From positions 258,792 through 322,791 of the forward strand of contig CAWANJ010000007.1 of the NCBI GenBank assembly GCA_963783385.1: 64,000 bases of DNA, read 5' to 3'. Below the pieces are notes generated by a model. It saw nothing but the letters and a program-made list of their open reading frames with translations, had not been told where the DNA came from and searched no databases. Shown here in pieces: positions 41,436-51,944 of the stretch; the stretch's first letter is position 1, and every line of letters starts with the position of its first letter. The translations under genes and the position numbers were made by a program. Origin of the DNA: an uncultured Gemmatimonadales bacterium. Its GTDB lineage: Bacteria > Gemmatimonadota > Gemmatimonadetes > Palauibacterales > Palauibacteraceae.

Positions 41436-42942
41436 ATGGCTCCGGATTCGCTGGACGTCCGGTCTCGCGGACGGCTGATCGCCACGGCGGTGCTCATGCT
41501 ACTCGTGGCGGCGGGCTTCGGCCTGGGGATCGGCTACGGCGGATTGAAGGTGGCCCTGGGGCTGCCGGCGTTGCTGCTGGGTCTACTGGTGTTCTCCCGG
41601 CCGGCGGTCGGTCTCTACGCCGTGGTGTTCACGATTCCGTTCGAGGCGGTGGTGCTGATTCCTGGCGGCGCCACGATATCCAAGGCCCTCGCGGCCCTCG
41701 TGGTGGTGGCGTGGGTATTCCGGAAGGTCCTGCGCAGGGAGTCGTGGCAGGAATGTGCTGCGCTCGCCTGTATTCATCGCCGGAACGGCCTTCCTGGGCT
41801 ACGTCCTCCTCTCGAGACTCTGGGCTACGTACACTGTGGCGTTCAACGCGCAGGTGGCTCGCCTGGTCCTGATGTTCGGGCTCACGTTGCTGGTCATGGA
41901 TCTCGTCCGAACCTGGAATCAGGCCGCCTGGCTGGTGAGGCTCCTGGTTCTGGGTGGGTTCATCGCCGCAGCCCTCACGCTGTGGCAGTCCTATGGTCTC
42001 GGAGCTCGGAGAGCCGGAGGAGACATTGCGGGTGGGATCAACTCCACCGCGCTCCTCCTGGTGTGCATCCTGCCGTTCGCGTTCGCTCTTCTGCGGTCAC
42101 CCGGCGAGACTCTGGCGTGGAGATTCGTCGGGTTGGCCTACATTCCCATTTCGGCGCTCGCGGTGATCCAGACCTTCTCTCGCATGAGCCTCCTCATGGG
42201 CGGGCTCGCGCTGGTCGCGGAGTACATCATCACGCTGCGATCCCGACGTGGACGCATCCCGCTTCTGGCGTTCACGGCGGCGGCGGCGGCGGTCTTCGTC
42301 AGCGTGGTCCCGACGGAGAAGCTCCAGGAGCGTGCGGCGACGATCGTGCCCTACGTGCGCGCGACGTTCGAGGGTGGGGGAGCCGGATCCACGACACAGA
42401 TCAGCGGCCGTGGCTTTCACCTGAAGATGGCATACGCCGTGTTCAAGGACCATCCCTTCCTGGGAGGGGGATACTGGAACTTCGGGCAGTACTCGCTCCA
42501 GTACCAGTTCACGGTTCCCGGATATTCGGATCTCCTCATGAACCCGAGGAGCACCCACAGCAGCTTCTTCCGGATACTGGCCGACCTGGGACTGGTGGGG
42601 ATGGCCCTGTGGCTGGCGCTGCTTGCGGCCACGGCGAGGGAGCTGTGGCGTGCCTGGCAGGTCACCTCCAAGAATCCCGGCGGTCGAGCGCACATGTTCG
42701 TACGGGCATTGACCTTCACGTTTCTGCTCGAGCAGGCGTACGGGTTCTACGCGGAGATGCAGGTCGAGAAGATCTTCTGGATCACGCTCGGACTGGCCGT
42801 GGCCCTGCACGCCGTTGCCGAGTCCGCGTCGGAACGTGCCGGGGAGCCAGGTGCTCGGGAGATCGGAGCCGACGTGGCGTCCAACCGCTCGTCGGCAGGG
42901 CGAGCCGCGGTGCGGGTTCCCTCGCCGGCCGAGTCTTCCTGA
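41436..42942 (+). CDS. O-antigen ligase/Wzy polymerase-like membrane protein (frameshift ~41760)
   Basis: About 10-12 TM segments; TFSR, HPFLGGG and THSSFFRILADLGLVG (Wzy_C-type motif). Confidence 0.8.
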
Positions 42943-43997
42943 TGGAGAGGGGTGTCTCCAAGGCAGCCGCGATATCTCCGGGTTCGAATCATTCCCCGGC
43001 GGTGCGGCGCGCGGTGATCATTCCCGGAGCCCGGAAGGCGGGCACCTCCTCGCTCCACGCGGCCTTGGCAGCACACCCCGGGGTCGTGGCGGGACGCTAC
43101 AAGGAGACCCAGTTCTTCGCGCTCGACGAGGGTACGGTCGAGGCGAACATCCAGTGGTATCTCGGGCTGTTCGGGGACCGGCGGGAGACCGACACCCGGA
43201 CCATCGTGGACGCGTCGACGTTCTATCTCATGAGCGAGCGGGCCCCGACGCTCATCCGGCGCCACGTCGCGGATCCCCGGGTCGTCATCGTGCTGCGTGA
43301 TCCGGCCGAACGCGCCTTCGCCGGGTACGAATACCTGCGGCAGCGACTCCCTTCACCGGAAGGGCGTACGTTCGAGGACATTGTTCAGGCGTTGGAGAGG
43401 GCCGGTCCGATCGACGTCTCACGAGCGGAGGACGAAGCCCTCGCGATCGCGGTGCGGGATCATCGAGTGCCGGCGCGGTACTACACCGAGTCGTTTCACG
43501 AGGAGCACTACGGCGCTCCGTTCGAGACACGGCTCGAGGATCCGCTGAACATCCTGCGCTATTTCGGCGAGAGTCGGTACTCCGAGCACGTGATCCGATG
43601 GCAGAGGGTGCTTCCCGGGTCGGTCCACCTCGTTGCCTTCGAGAGACTCATCGCGGAGCCGTCCGCGGTTCTGTCGGAGATCCAGGAGTTCTGCGGACTC
43701 GATCCCGTGCCGGCCCTCACCGAGCTGCCTCGGGAGAACCCCACGAGGGTGGCCCGAGGCGGAATGTCGCGCTGGATCCTCGGTCGTGCCGTCCGGCGGG
43801 CGCCGGGCGGCCTGATCGATGGGGCCGTGCGACTGGTCCGCGCGCTGGGGATCGGCGGCGTGCTGCGGACGAAGGTGCTCGAGACTCGCAGACAGCAGCT
43901 CGATCCAGATCTGCGCAGCCGATGCCGGGCCCTGCTCGACGCGGAGTACGCGTGGTGGAGGGAGCACGACCCATCGATCGCCGCATGGTGGGATTGA
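42942..43997 (+). CDS. Sulfotransferase (Sulfotransfer_1/3-like)
   Basis: IPGARKAGTSSL, KETQFF, LRDPAERAF (3' part of ORF 41145-43997). Confidence 0.85.
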   Translation: MERGVSKAAAISPGSNHSPAVRRAVIIPGARKAGTSSLHAALAAHPGVVAGRYKETQFFALDEGTVEANIQWYLGLFGDRRETDTRTIVDASTFYLMSERAPTLIRRHVADPRVVIVLRDPAERAFAGYEYLRQRLPSPEGRTFEDIVQALERAGPIDVSRAEDEALAIAVRDHRVPARYYTESFHEEHYGAPFETRLEDPLNILRYFGESRYSEHVIRWQRVLPGSVHLVAFERLIAEPSAVLSEIQEFCGLDPVPALTELPRENPTRVARGGMSRWILGRAVRRAPGGLIDGAVRLVRALGIGGVLRTKVLETRRQQLDPDLRSRCRALLDAEYAWWREHDPSIAAWWD

Positions 43998-44105
43998 CGA
44001 TCGACCGTCGATCCCACCACGACCAGACAGCGGCTTGAGGGCGACCCACCCGAATCGACCCATAACGTCGGATCGCCCATGACCTTGCGGAGTGCAGGTG
44101 GTTCC

Positions 44106-46476
44106 ATGAATGACAATTCTTCACAGGCCAGAAGCTACAAGGGGAACGCCGAGCCGCTCCGAGGCGAGGGGCTGGCAGCGGATCTCTGGCACTACTGGGA
44201 GATCCTCCGCCGCCGGTGGTGGCTCGTGGCCGGCGCCGTCGTCGTGGCCGTGGGGTTGGCATGGTGGAGCCAGCACGATGCCGTTCCCAAGTACAGCGCG
44301 GAGGTGCTCCTGCAACAGCGGCAGGAGACCCCCGTGGTGTCTCAAGTCCTGCTCCAGAACGGACCCCAGAACGAGTTCGGCTCCCAGGTCGAGATCATAA
44401 GGAGTCGGGCCATCCTGGCCCCCGTCGTCGACTCGCTGGGCCTCCAGCTCAAGATGAAGACCCACCGGAACGAGCGGACCCGGATCTTCTCGTCCGTGGC
44501 GGTGGCCCCCGCCGCCGCCTTCGGCTCGTACACGCTTGTGGACAACTCGTCGGGCTGGGTGCTGAAGCGCCCGAAGTCCGGCCGTGTGATCGCGACGGCG
44601 GCTCGAGGCGACACGCTGAAGGGCCCGGACTTCTACGTGGTGGTGTCCGATTCGGCGTCCGTCTCCGAGCCCGTGGAGTTTTCCATCGCGAATCGCCAGG
44701 CCGCGGTGACTTCTCTGCAATCGGGCCTGCAGATCGCGCAGGGCAAGGGGCCCGATCTCATCACGATCTCGTACCGCGATGCCGATCCGAAGCTGGCGGC
44801 CGATGTCGTCAACACGGTGGCATCGCTCCTACCAGGACTATCGCGCCACCCTGGCTCGTAACGTCGCGGGCCGTCGACGGCAGGTGATCGAGGGGCAGCT
44901 CGTGGAGCTGGCCGACTCGCTCCGGCAGGTGCAGGGTCACGTCCAGGACTACCAGCAGAGCCGGCAGCTGCTGGACCCCGGTGCGGAGGGCAGCGCTGTC
45001 ATGAGCGCCGTGCTCAAGACGCAGGACGACCTGCGGAGCCTCCAGTTCCAGCAGAGCCGCCTCAAGGCGCTCGAGGCGGGCCTCAGTGGCAGCCAGGGCA
45101 CCGATGTCTCGGACGTACAGCAGCTCATGGCGTTGGGAGGAGACCTGGTTCCGGCCGCCAACGACCTCTACAGTCGCTTGCAGAACCTGCTGACGCAGCG
45201 GAGCCAGCTGACGGCTTCACGGTTTGGCTACACGGCCAACGAACCCCAGGTTCAGGTGGTCGACTCGCTCATTGCGTCCACGCGCAGACAGATGCGCGGC
45301 GCGGTCGACCAGGCCCTGAATCAGGTCGCGGCCCAGATCCAGTCGACCCAGCAACACCTGAGAAGCCTCCAGGGCCAGGTATCGGCCCTTCCGGCCAAGA
45401 GCGCCGAGCTGTCTCGGCTCACCCAGCGCGCCGATGCGGTACAGGGTGTGTTCGACAACCTGGTCCAGAAGTACTACGAGGCTCAGATCCAGGAGGGTGT
45501 CGAGACCGGTGACGTGGATATCGTCGACCCGGCTCCGGTGCCTCTGTTCCCGGACCCGTCCAACCTCAAGCTCAGCCTGATCATTGCCGGGCTCGTGGGC
45601 CTGGTCCTCGGCGGCATGGGTGCCGTGACGGTGGATCAGCTCGACCCGAACATCCATGATGCGCGCGACGCCGAGGCGTTGACGGGTCTCCAGCTGGTGG
45701 GGACGGTGCCGACGCTGAAGCGGGGGAAGAACGGACAGAAGAGCCGGGACGATCTGATCGGCAAGGAAGCCTTCCGCGGCTTGAGGACGAACCTCCAGTT
45801 CGCGCGCTCGGGCGAACGAAGCGTGGTCGCCGTCGTGAGCGCCGCGCCCGGGGCCGGGAAGAGCACGGTGGCCTCCAACCTGGCCCTCACGCTCGCCGAG
45901 CAGGGCAAGAAAGTGGTCCTGGTCGATGCCGATCTCCGACGTCCTCAGGTGCACAAGATCGTCAAGGTGTCGCAGAGTCCGGGTCTCGTCGAGCTCCTGG
46001 ACGGATCGGCGGCCATGGACGAGGTCATCAAGACCACGCCGATCCATGCCCGGCTCTCGGCCGTGACCAGCGGCTACATTCCCAACGATCCGCCCGAGGT
46101 CGTGGGCAGCGAGCGCTTCACGGAGCTGCTGGCGGAGCTGCGCTCCAGGTTCGACGTCGTGATCCTGGACACGCCGCCCCTGCTGGCCGTATCCGACGCC
46201 GTGATGATCGCGACCCTGGCCGATGGAACGCTGGTCGTGGCGCGCGCGGAGCAGACGAACCGCAAGGCGCTGAGCCACGCCGTGGAGCAGCTGCGAAGGG
46301 TCGAGGCCAACCTGCTGGGCCTGGTGCTCAACGGAGTGGAGGTGGGGAGCCCGGATGGATACTACGGTTACTACTACTATCACGAATACTATACGGATTC
46401 ACCCGATCGAAAGCGTTCGGCTTCGGAAGAGCGTCGACTGATCCGGCGGAAGCACGCCTCCTCGAAGAAGCCCTAG
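44106..46476 (+). CDS. wzc: Polysaccharide co-polymerase/tyrosine autokinase (frameshift ~44825)
   Basis: Two TM helices flanking a coiled-coil periplasmic domain; EAFRGLRTNL, GAGKST, DADLRRP, DTPP and a C-terminal YYGYYYYHEYY cluster. Confidence 0.9.
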
Positions 46477-46502
46477 GGACTCCGGCCCGGCACGCCCGAG
46501 CT

Positions 46503-48437
46503 ATGTGCGGCATAGCGGGTGTCGTTCCGGCGCCCGGACGACGCGAGGTCGAGGGTGTCCGGCTGGAAGGCATCCTCGAGGGTCTCCTTCATCGCGGACC
46601 CGACGACCAGGGCTACCTGATCTTCGGGGGTGGTCGGATCGACGCCGGTCGCCGACCGGGTCCTGGAACCCGGCCTGCGGAGGTTGCGCTCCTCCACCGA
46701 CGACTTTCCATTATCGACCTCTCGCCCCAGGGCTGGCAGCCTATGAGCACGGACGACGGCCGATTTCACATAGTGTTCAACGGCGAGATCTACAACTACG
46801 TCGAGCTGGGCCGGGAGCTGGAGAAGCGAGGTCGGGCGTTCCGTTCTCGGTCCGATACGGAGGTCCTCCTCGCTGCGTACGAGCGCTGGGGCGCGGACTG
46901 TCTCGGACGGCTCGTGGGCATGTTCGCGTTCGCTGTCCTCGACGTGCGGCGTCGCGAGGTCTTTCTCGCGAGGGATCCCTTCGGCATCAAGCCGCTCGAC
47001 TATGCTCATCCCGGGGGCGGATTCGCGTTCTGTTCGGAGATTGCGCCTCTGCTTGAGCTGGACGGCGTCGGCCGACGCGTGGCCCCGCAGCCCCTCTACG
47101 ACTACCTGGTGCAGGGTCGCACGGACGCCGGAGAACACACGCTGTTCGAGAGTGTCCTGGAACTCCCCGCGGCTCACTGCGCTTGCGTGTCGATCGACCG
47201 ACCGGGGCGTTGCACCAGGAGCAGGTATTGGGAGCTGAGCCGGGCGACGGGCCGCCCGGCGAGCATCGGAGAGGCGGTCGCGGAGCTCCGTGACCTGTTC
47301 CTGGAGAACATCCGACTGCATCTGCGAAGCGATGTGCCTGTCGGTGCCGCCCTCTCCGGCGGCATCGATTCATCCGCCATCGTGGCCGGTATGAGGCACG
47401 TGGCTGGCGCCGGCCTGGAGCTGAGGACCTTCAGCTACGTCGCGCAAGGTTCAGCGCTGAGCGAGGAGCGCTGGGTCGATGTGGTCACAGATGCGTCCCG
47501 GGCCTGCGCACGGAAGGTGTCGCCCCGTCCAGGAGAACTCGTAGAAGACCTCCCGCGGCTGTTGCGGATCCAGGAACTGCCGTTCGGGAGCATGAGCATG
47601 TACGTCCAGTACAGGGTGTTCCGCCTGGCGCGAGAGGCCGGGATCAAGGTGATGCTCGACGGCCAGGGAGCCGACGAGATGCTCGCCGGCTACTCCCTCT
47701 TCGCAGCGGTGCGGCTGGCTTCCCTGATCCGCCAGTGGCGCCTGGCGGCCGCCGTCCGGTTCTTCCGCGGGGCGAGCCGGGGCGTGGGTCGGAGTCCTGC
47801 CTGGCTGGCATCGAGGGCCGGTCAGTTCCTCGTCCCAGCCGTGGTGGAGAAGCCGCTGCGTTCCATGGCCCGCGCCGAGCGCACGCCTTCGTGGCTTGCC
47901 ATGGATTGGTTCGAGCGGCGGGGCGCGGGGCCGGAGGAGCCTCGACGAGCGCGTGGCGGGCCATCGCTCCGGTCCGTGATGGCGGAACAACTTACGGGGG
48001 CGGGCCTGGGAGCTCTCCTGCGATACGAGGACAGGAACTCGATGGCGCACTCGATCGAGAGCCGTGTGCCCTTCCTGACCACCGGTCTGGCCGAATTCCT
48101 CTTCTCTCTGCCGGATGACTACCTCATCTCCGTCGATGGAGTGACCAAGTCCGTATTCCGCAAGGCCATGAAAGGCCTCGTGCCCGATGCCATCCTCGAC
48201 CGACGGGACAAGATCGGGTTTTCCACTCCGGAGGCGGAGTGGATTCGAGAGGTCGGTGGTTGGGCCGAGGACGTGCTGACATCGGACCATGCGCGCGCCG
48301 TCCCTGCTCTGGACGTAGGATCTATCGAGCGGGAATGGCGGGCCGTCCACGAGGGGCGCCTCGGCTTCCGTCGCCACATATGGCGGTGGCTCAACCTGCT
48401 GGAGTGGGCCCGAGACTTCGACGTGGTCTTCTCGTGA
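46503..48437 (+). CDS. asnB: Asparagine synthase-like glutamine amidotransferase (glycan amidation)
   Basis: MCGIAG, HRGPD, RRLSIIDL, FNGEIYN, LSGGIDSS, DGQGADE, RVPFL. Confidence 0.9.
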   Translation: MCGIAGVVPAPGRREVEGVRLEGILEGLLHRGPDDQGYLIFGGGRIDAGRRPGPGTRPAEVALLHRRLSIIDLSPQGWQPMSTDDGRFHIVFNGEIYNYVELGRELEKRGRAFRSRSDTEVLLAAYERWGADCLGRLVGMFAFAVLDVRRREVFLARDPFGIKPLDYAHPGGGFAFCSEIAPLLELDGVGRRVAPQPLYDYLVQGRTDAGEHTLFESVLELPAAHCACVSIDRPGRCTRSRYWELSRATGRPASIGEAVAELRDLFLENIRLHLRSDVPVGAALSGGIDSSAIVAGMRHVAGAGLELRTFSYVAQGSALSEERWVDVVTDASRACARKVSPRPGELVEDLPRLLRIQELPFGSMSMYVQYRVFRLAREAGIKVMLDGQGADEMLAGYSLFAAVRLASLIRQWRLAAAVRFFRGASRGVGRSPAWLASRAGQFLVPAVVEKPLRSMARAERTPSWLAMDWFERRGAGPEEPRRARGGPSLRSVMAEQLTGAGLGALLRYEDRNSMAHSIESRVPFLTTGLAEFLFSLPDDYLISVDGVTKSVFRKAMKGLVPDAILDRRDKIGFSTPEAEWIREVGGWAEDVLTSDHARAVPALDVGSIEREWRAVHEGRLGFRRHIWRWLNLLEWARDFDVVFS

Positions 48438-48489
48438 CCGACCCGGGCCGGTTCGGACCCGTCCCTCCGCCAGGGTGGGAGCGCCTCAG

Positions 48490-49623
48490 CTAGGAGAGCT
48501 CTCTGCCCAGGAGCCTCTCGTAGACGTCGATCGTTCGGGAGACCATCCGCTCGAAGGTGAAGCTCTCCTCGTACAGCTCGCGTGCCCCGCGCCCCATCGA
48601 TTCGCGGAGGGCGGCATCCCCTATGAGAATCTGGAGTCGCTCGCGCAGGGAGTCCGGATCGCCGGGTGGAACCACGTAACCGGTCCGACCGTCCAACACG
48701 GACTCGCGGATGCCTCCGACATCGGACGCCACGGTGGGTAATCCGGCCCGTGCCGCCTCCAGGATGCTGCGTGGGAAGGCCTCGGACCAGGACGTGAGCA
48801 CGAAGATCTGAGCGGTGGCCAGGATGTCCGCGACGTCCTCTCGGAATCCCAGGAACGAGACGCGCGACTGCAGGCCGTAGCGGTCCACCAGTTGTCGTGC
48901 TTCCGGCTCCAGCGGACCATCCCCGACCAGGGAGAGGCGCCAGTCGAGCTCACGCAGGTCGGCGAGCGCTCGTATGAGGAGGCCGTGGTCCTTGGGAGCG
49001 GCGAAACGCGCCACCATGACCAGGTGAGGTGCCTCGCCACCGGGCCGGGCGAGCAGGTCGGGGACGATGTCGAGCATGCCGTTGTGGACCGTGACGATCT
49101 GGGCGGGTTTCGCCAGGTGGAGCCGGAGGGCCAGTTCTCGATCCGCCTCCGAGACGGCTATGATGGCGTCCGCTAGAGGCGCCACGGCTCGTTCCATGAA
49201 GCGGAACGCCCGGGTAGCCAGGGGGTTGCCGCCGCTGGAGAACCCCCAGCCGTGTGCCGTGAACAGGATCGGTACGCCGAGGGCGACACCGCTCAGGCGG
49301 CCCAGGATCCCCGCCTTGGAAGAGTGCAGGGATACGAGGTCGGGGCGAAGATCCTTCAGTGCACTTCGGATCTCGTGAATCGCCCGAACGTCCCGGATGG
49401 GACGTACCGGCCGCACGAGGTGCGGTAGACTCCGGAACGGCACGCCTCGCGCGGTCACCGCGGCGGAGAGCGGGCCGTGACTGCCAGACAAGACGGTTAC
49501 GGTCCAGCCGCGCTCTGCGAGCGCCACGCTCAGGTCTCGAACGTGGACCTGGGCGCCGCCCAGATCATCGGCTCGAGTCACCACGAACACAATGCGCGGT
49601 ACGGATCTGCTCAAGCTGCACAT
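48490..49623 (-). CDS. Glycosyltransferase family 4 (only inverted gene inside the 8.8-57.1 kb block)
   Basis: GGAQVHV, LHSSKAG, TAHGW, PKDH, SEAFPRSILEA. Confidence 0.88.
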   Translation of the reverse strand: MCSLSRSVPRIVFVVTRADDLGGAQVHVRDLSVALAERGWTVTVLSGSHGPLSAAVTARGVPFRSLPHLVRPVRPIRDVRAIHEIRSALKDLRPDLVSLHSSKAGILGRLSGVALGVPILFTAHGWGFSSGGNPLATRAFRFMERAVAPLADAIIAVSEADRELALRLHLAKPAQIVTVHNGMLDIVPDLLARPGGEAPHLVMVARFAAPKDHGLLIRALADLRELDWRLSLVGDGPLEPEARQLVDRYGLQSRVSFLGFREDVADILATAQIFVLTSWSEAFPRSILEAARAGLPTVASDVGGIRESVLDGRTGYVVPPGDPDSLRERLQILIGDAALRESMGRGARELYEESFTFERMVSRTIDVYERLLGRELS

Positions 49624-49658
49624 CCTGGCGCGCACATCCGCGAAGGAAAGAGTACGCA

Positions 49659-50639
49659 ATGGAGCCGAAGCTTTCGAAGGGCGCCTTTCTCCTGAGCCTG
49701 GATACCGAGCTCGCGTGGGGAGGACTCCACAACGGAAAGTATCGCGAGCGGGTCGGTCTCTTCGAAGCCACTCGTAGCGCCGTGGCGCGCCTCCTGAGCC
49801 TCCTCGGCGAATACGAGATCCACGCTACCTGGGCGGTCGTCGGTCACCTGCTCCTGCGGGGATGCAGCCAGAGCGCGGTCAAGCACCCCGAGCTCGTTCG
49901 GCCCGACTACCCGTGGCTCCGCGGTGACTGGCTCGATCCAGTTCCCTGCTCCGAGGAGGGCGCCGACCCACTTTGGTACGCTCCGGATATGGTCGAGTCG
50001 ATCCTGTCCTGTGCCGCCGAACAGGAGATCGGCTGTCACACGTTCTCGCACGTCATCGCCGGTCATCCGGGTTGCTCCCGCCAGTGCTTCGAGTCGGAGG
50101 TTCGTGCGTGCGTCGATGCCGCACGGGGGTGGGGACTCAAGCTCACTTCGTTCGTGTTCCCGCGCAACAGCGTGGCACACCTGGATGTTCTTAGGGAACA
50201 AGGGTTCCGGGCATTTCGCGGCAGCTCGGATGACGGAGTGTTGACAAAGTTGCCGGGTCCCGTGGGCCGGGTCGCGAGAGGAATCAAGTGGGTCGTCCCG
50301 CAGCCTTCCTTGACGGCATCGCCCGAGTACCGTGACGGCCTGTGGTGCCTGCCCGACACGAGCTTCTATCTACACAGGGAAGGCGGTGCTGGCTTGCTGC
50401 CGGTGGCGGGCCGAGTACTGCGGGCGGCAAGAGGCCTGCACCAGGCGGCGCGCGACCAGAATCTCTTCCACCTGTATCTCCATCCTTTCAATCTGGCGAC
50501 CGACCCGGATCCTCTTCTCGAAGGATTGGAGAAGATCTTCCGTATGGTGGCGTCGAAGCGAGACCGCGGCATTCTCGATAATCCCACCATGGGCGAGCTG
50601 GCTCACAGGTTGGACGCAGGAGTCGGTCCGGTTGCGTGA
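49659..50639 (+). CDS. Polysaccharide deacetylase (CE4/NodB-like)
   Basis: SLDTELAWG, ATWAVVG, EIGCHTFSH, FVFPRN, LHPFN. Confidence 0.85.
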   Translation: MEPKLSKGAFLLSLDTELAWGGLHNGKYRERVGLFEATRSAVARLLSLLGEYEIHATWAVVGHLLLRGCSQSAVKHPELVRPDYPWLRGDWLDPVPCSEEGADPLWYAPDMVESILSCAAEQEIGCHTFSHVIAGHPGCSRQCFESEVRACVDAARGWGLKLTSFVFPRNSVAHLDVLREQGFRAFRGSSDDGVLTKLPGPVGRVARGIKWVVPQPSLTASPEYRDGLWCLPDTSFYLHREGGAGLLPVAGRVLRAARGLHQAARDQNLFHLYLHPFNLATDPDPLLEGLEKIFRMVASKRDRGILDNPTMGELAHRLDAGVGPVA

Positions 50640-50660
50640 AGCAATGGAGAGGCGCTGCCA

Positions 50661-51890
50661 ATGAGCGGTGCTCGTGGCGCTGCCTCGGCCCCGGCCGTGG
50701 TCCTGGGTCTTTCGCCGACGGGTCTGGGAGTGGCCCGGAGCCTCGGGCGCCGCGGGGTCCCCGTATATGGAGTCGACGCGAATCCATCAGCGGTTGGTCG
50801 TCACTCGCGCTACTGCCATTACCATGAGGGTCTGTCGCGGTGCGTGGCCAATGGCGATGTAAGGGGACTGGTCGCAGGATTGCGCGAACTGGCCCGTGAC
50901 GCGGACCAGCCGCCGGTGTTGTTTCCGACGACCAATGCATTCATAGAGACACTCACCGCGGTGGCCGACGAGCTCGAGTCTTTCCTTCGGCTATCGACGG
51001 ACCTCGGACGCTTCGGCCTCGATTTCCTGAGCAAGCGCAGGTTCTACGACTTGTGTCGAAGACACGACGTGGAACTGCCACTCACCTTCTTCCTGACCAG
51101 TGAGGCCGATCTCCCGGAGGCCCGGGCCGGTGTCCGCTACCCGGCGATACTGAAACCGGTCTTCGTGCACAGGTTCCGGGCCCTTCTGGGGTCTCGCAAG
51201 GTCGTACGGGTGTCGAGCGCGGCCGAGCTGGAGGTCGCCTTTTCCGAGCTGGCTCGGGTGGACCCCAACCTCATCGTCCAGGAGGTCATACCTGGAACCG
51301 ATGATCAGATCTGGTGCGCCATCTGCTACTTCGGCCGCGACGGTAGGTCCCGGAGCGTCTTCGTGGCCCGGAAGCTGAGGCAGTATCCTCCCGGTTTCGG
51401 AAGCGCTTCCCTTGCGGAGAGCCGCTGGAATTCGGAGGTGGCGGAGCTCAGCGACAGGTTCCTGACCCGGGTGGGCTTCCGGGGCCTGTGTGCGACGGAG
51501 TTCAAGAGGGACTCCCGCGACGGTCGCTTCAAGATGATCGAGGTGAACGCGCGAGTGCCACTGTGGGTATCGCTGGCCGAGGCCGCGGGCGTCGACGTGG
51601 CCTACGCCTGCTATTCGGACCTCGTGGGGAAGGGCTGTGAGGCAACGGAGCAGGCGGATGGTGTCCGGTGGATCTTCCTGCCCAAGGACCTGGCGAGCGC
51701 GATCCGATACGCTCGCAGGGGCGGACTCGGGTGGTCCGAGTGGATCGCGTCCTTGCGGGGGTGCCGGGCCGAGGCGGTCTGGGCACCTGACGATCCCGGA
51801 CCCGCGCTGAGCCTGCCCATTTATCTGGCTTCGAAGGGCGTCCGTCGCCTGTGGCGAACGACCGTGCGCCGGATCGCACCGGGCTCGTGA
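50661..51890 (+). CDS. ATP-grasp carboxylate-amine ligase (D-aspartate ligase-like)
   Basis: GLGVARSLG, YPAILKP, QEVIPG, KLRQYPPGFG, EFKRD..., IEVNAR. Confidence 0.82.
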   Translation: MSGARGAASAPAVVLGLSPTGLGVARSLGRRGVPVYGVDANPSAVGRHSRYCHYHEGLSRCVANGDVRGLVAGLRELARDADQPPVLFPTTNAFIETLTAVADELESFLRLSTDLGRFGLDFLSKRRFYDLCRRHDVELPLTFFLTSEADLPEARAGVRYPAILKPVFVHRFRALLGSRKVVRVSSAAELEVAFSELARVDPNLIVQEVIPGTDDQIWCAICYFGRDGRSRSVFVARKLRQYPPGFGSASLAESRWNSEVAELSDRFLTRVGFRGLCATEFKRDSRDGRFKMIEVNARVPLWVSLAEAAGVDVAYACYSDLVGKGCEATEQADGVRWIFLPKDLASAIRYARRGGLGWSEWIASLRGCRAEAVWAPDDPGPALSLPIYLASKGVRRLWRTTVRRIAPGS

Positions 51891-51944
51891 ACCGGCGAGG
51901 CGCATCTGCCACCCGAGGCTCGCAATGACGGCAACGAGGTAGCC

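Noticed and set aside
17873-43997. Apparent giant fusion ORFs (17873-20449, 37886-40087, 39193-41433, 41145-43997)
   Set aside because: These are stop-free upstream extensions over neighbouring genes. Real starts sit at ATGA/TGATG overlaps. ORF 41145-43997 joins the wzy-like N-terminus and the sulfotransferase only because of a frameshift.
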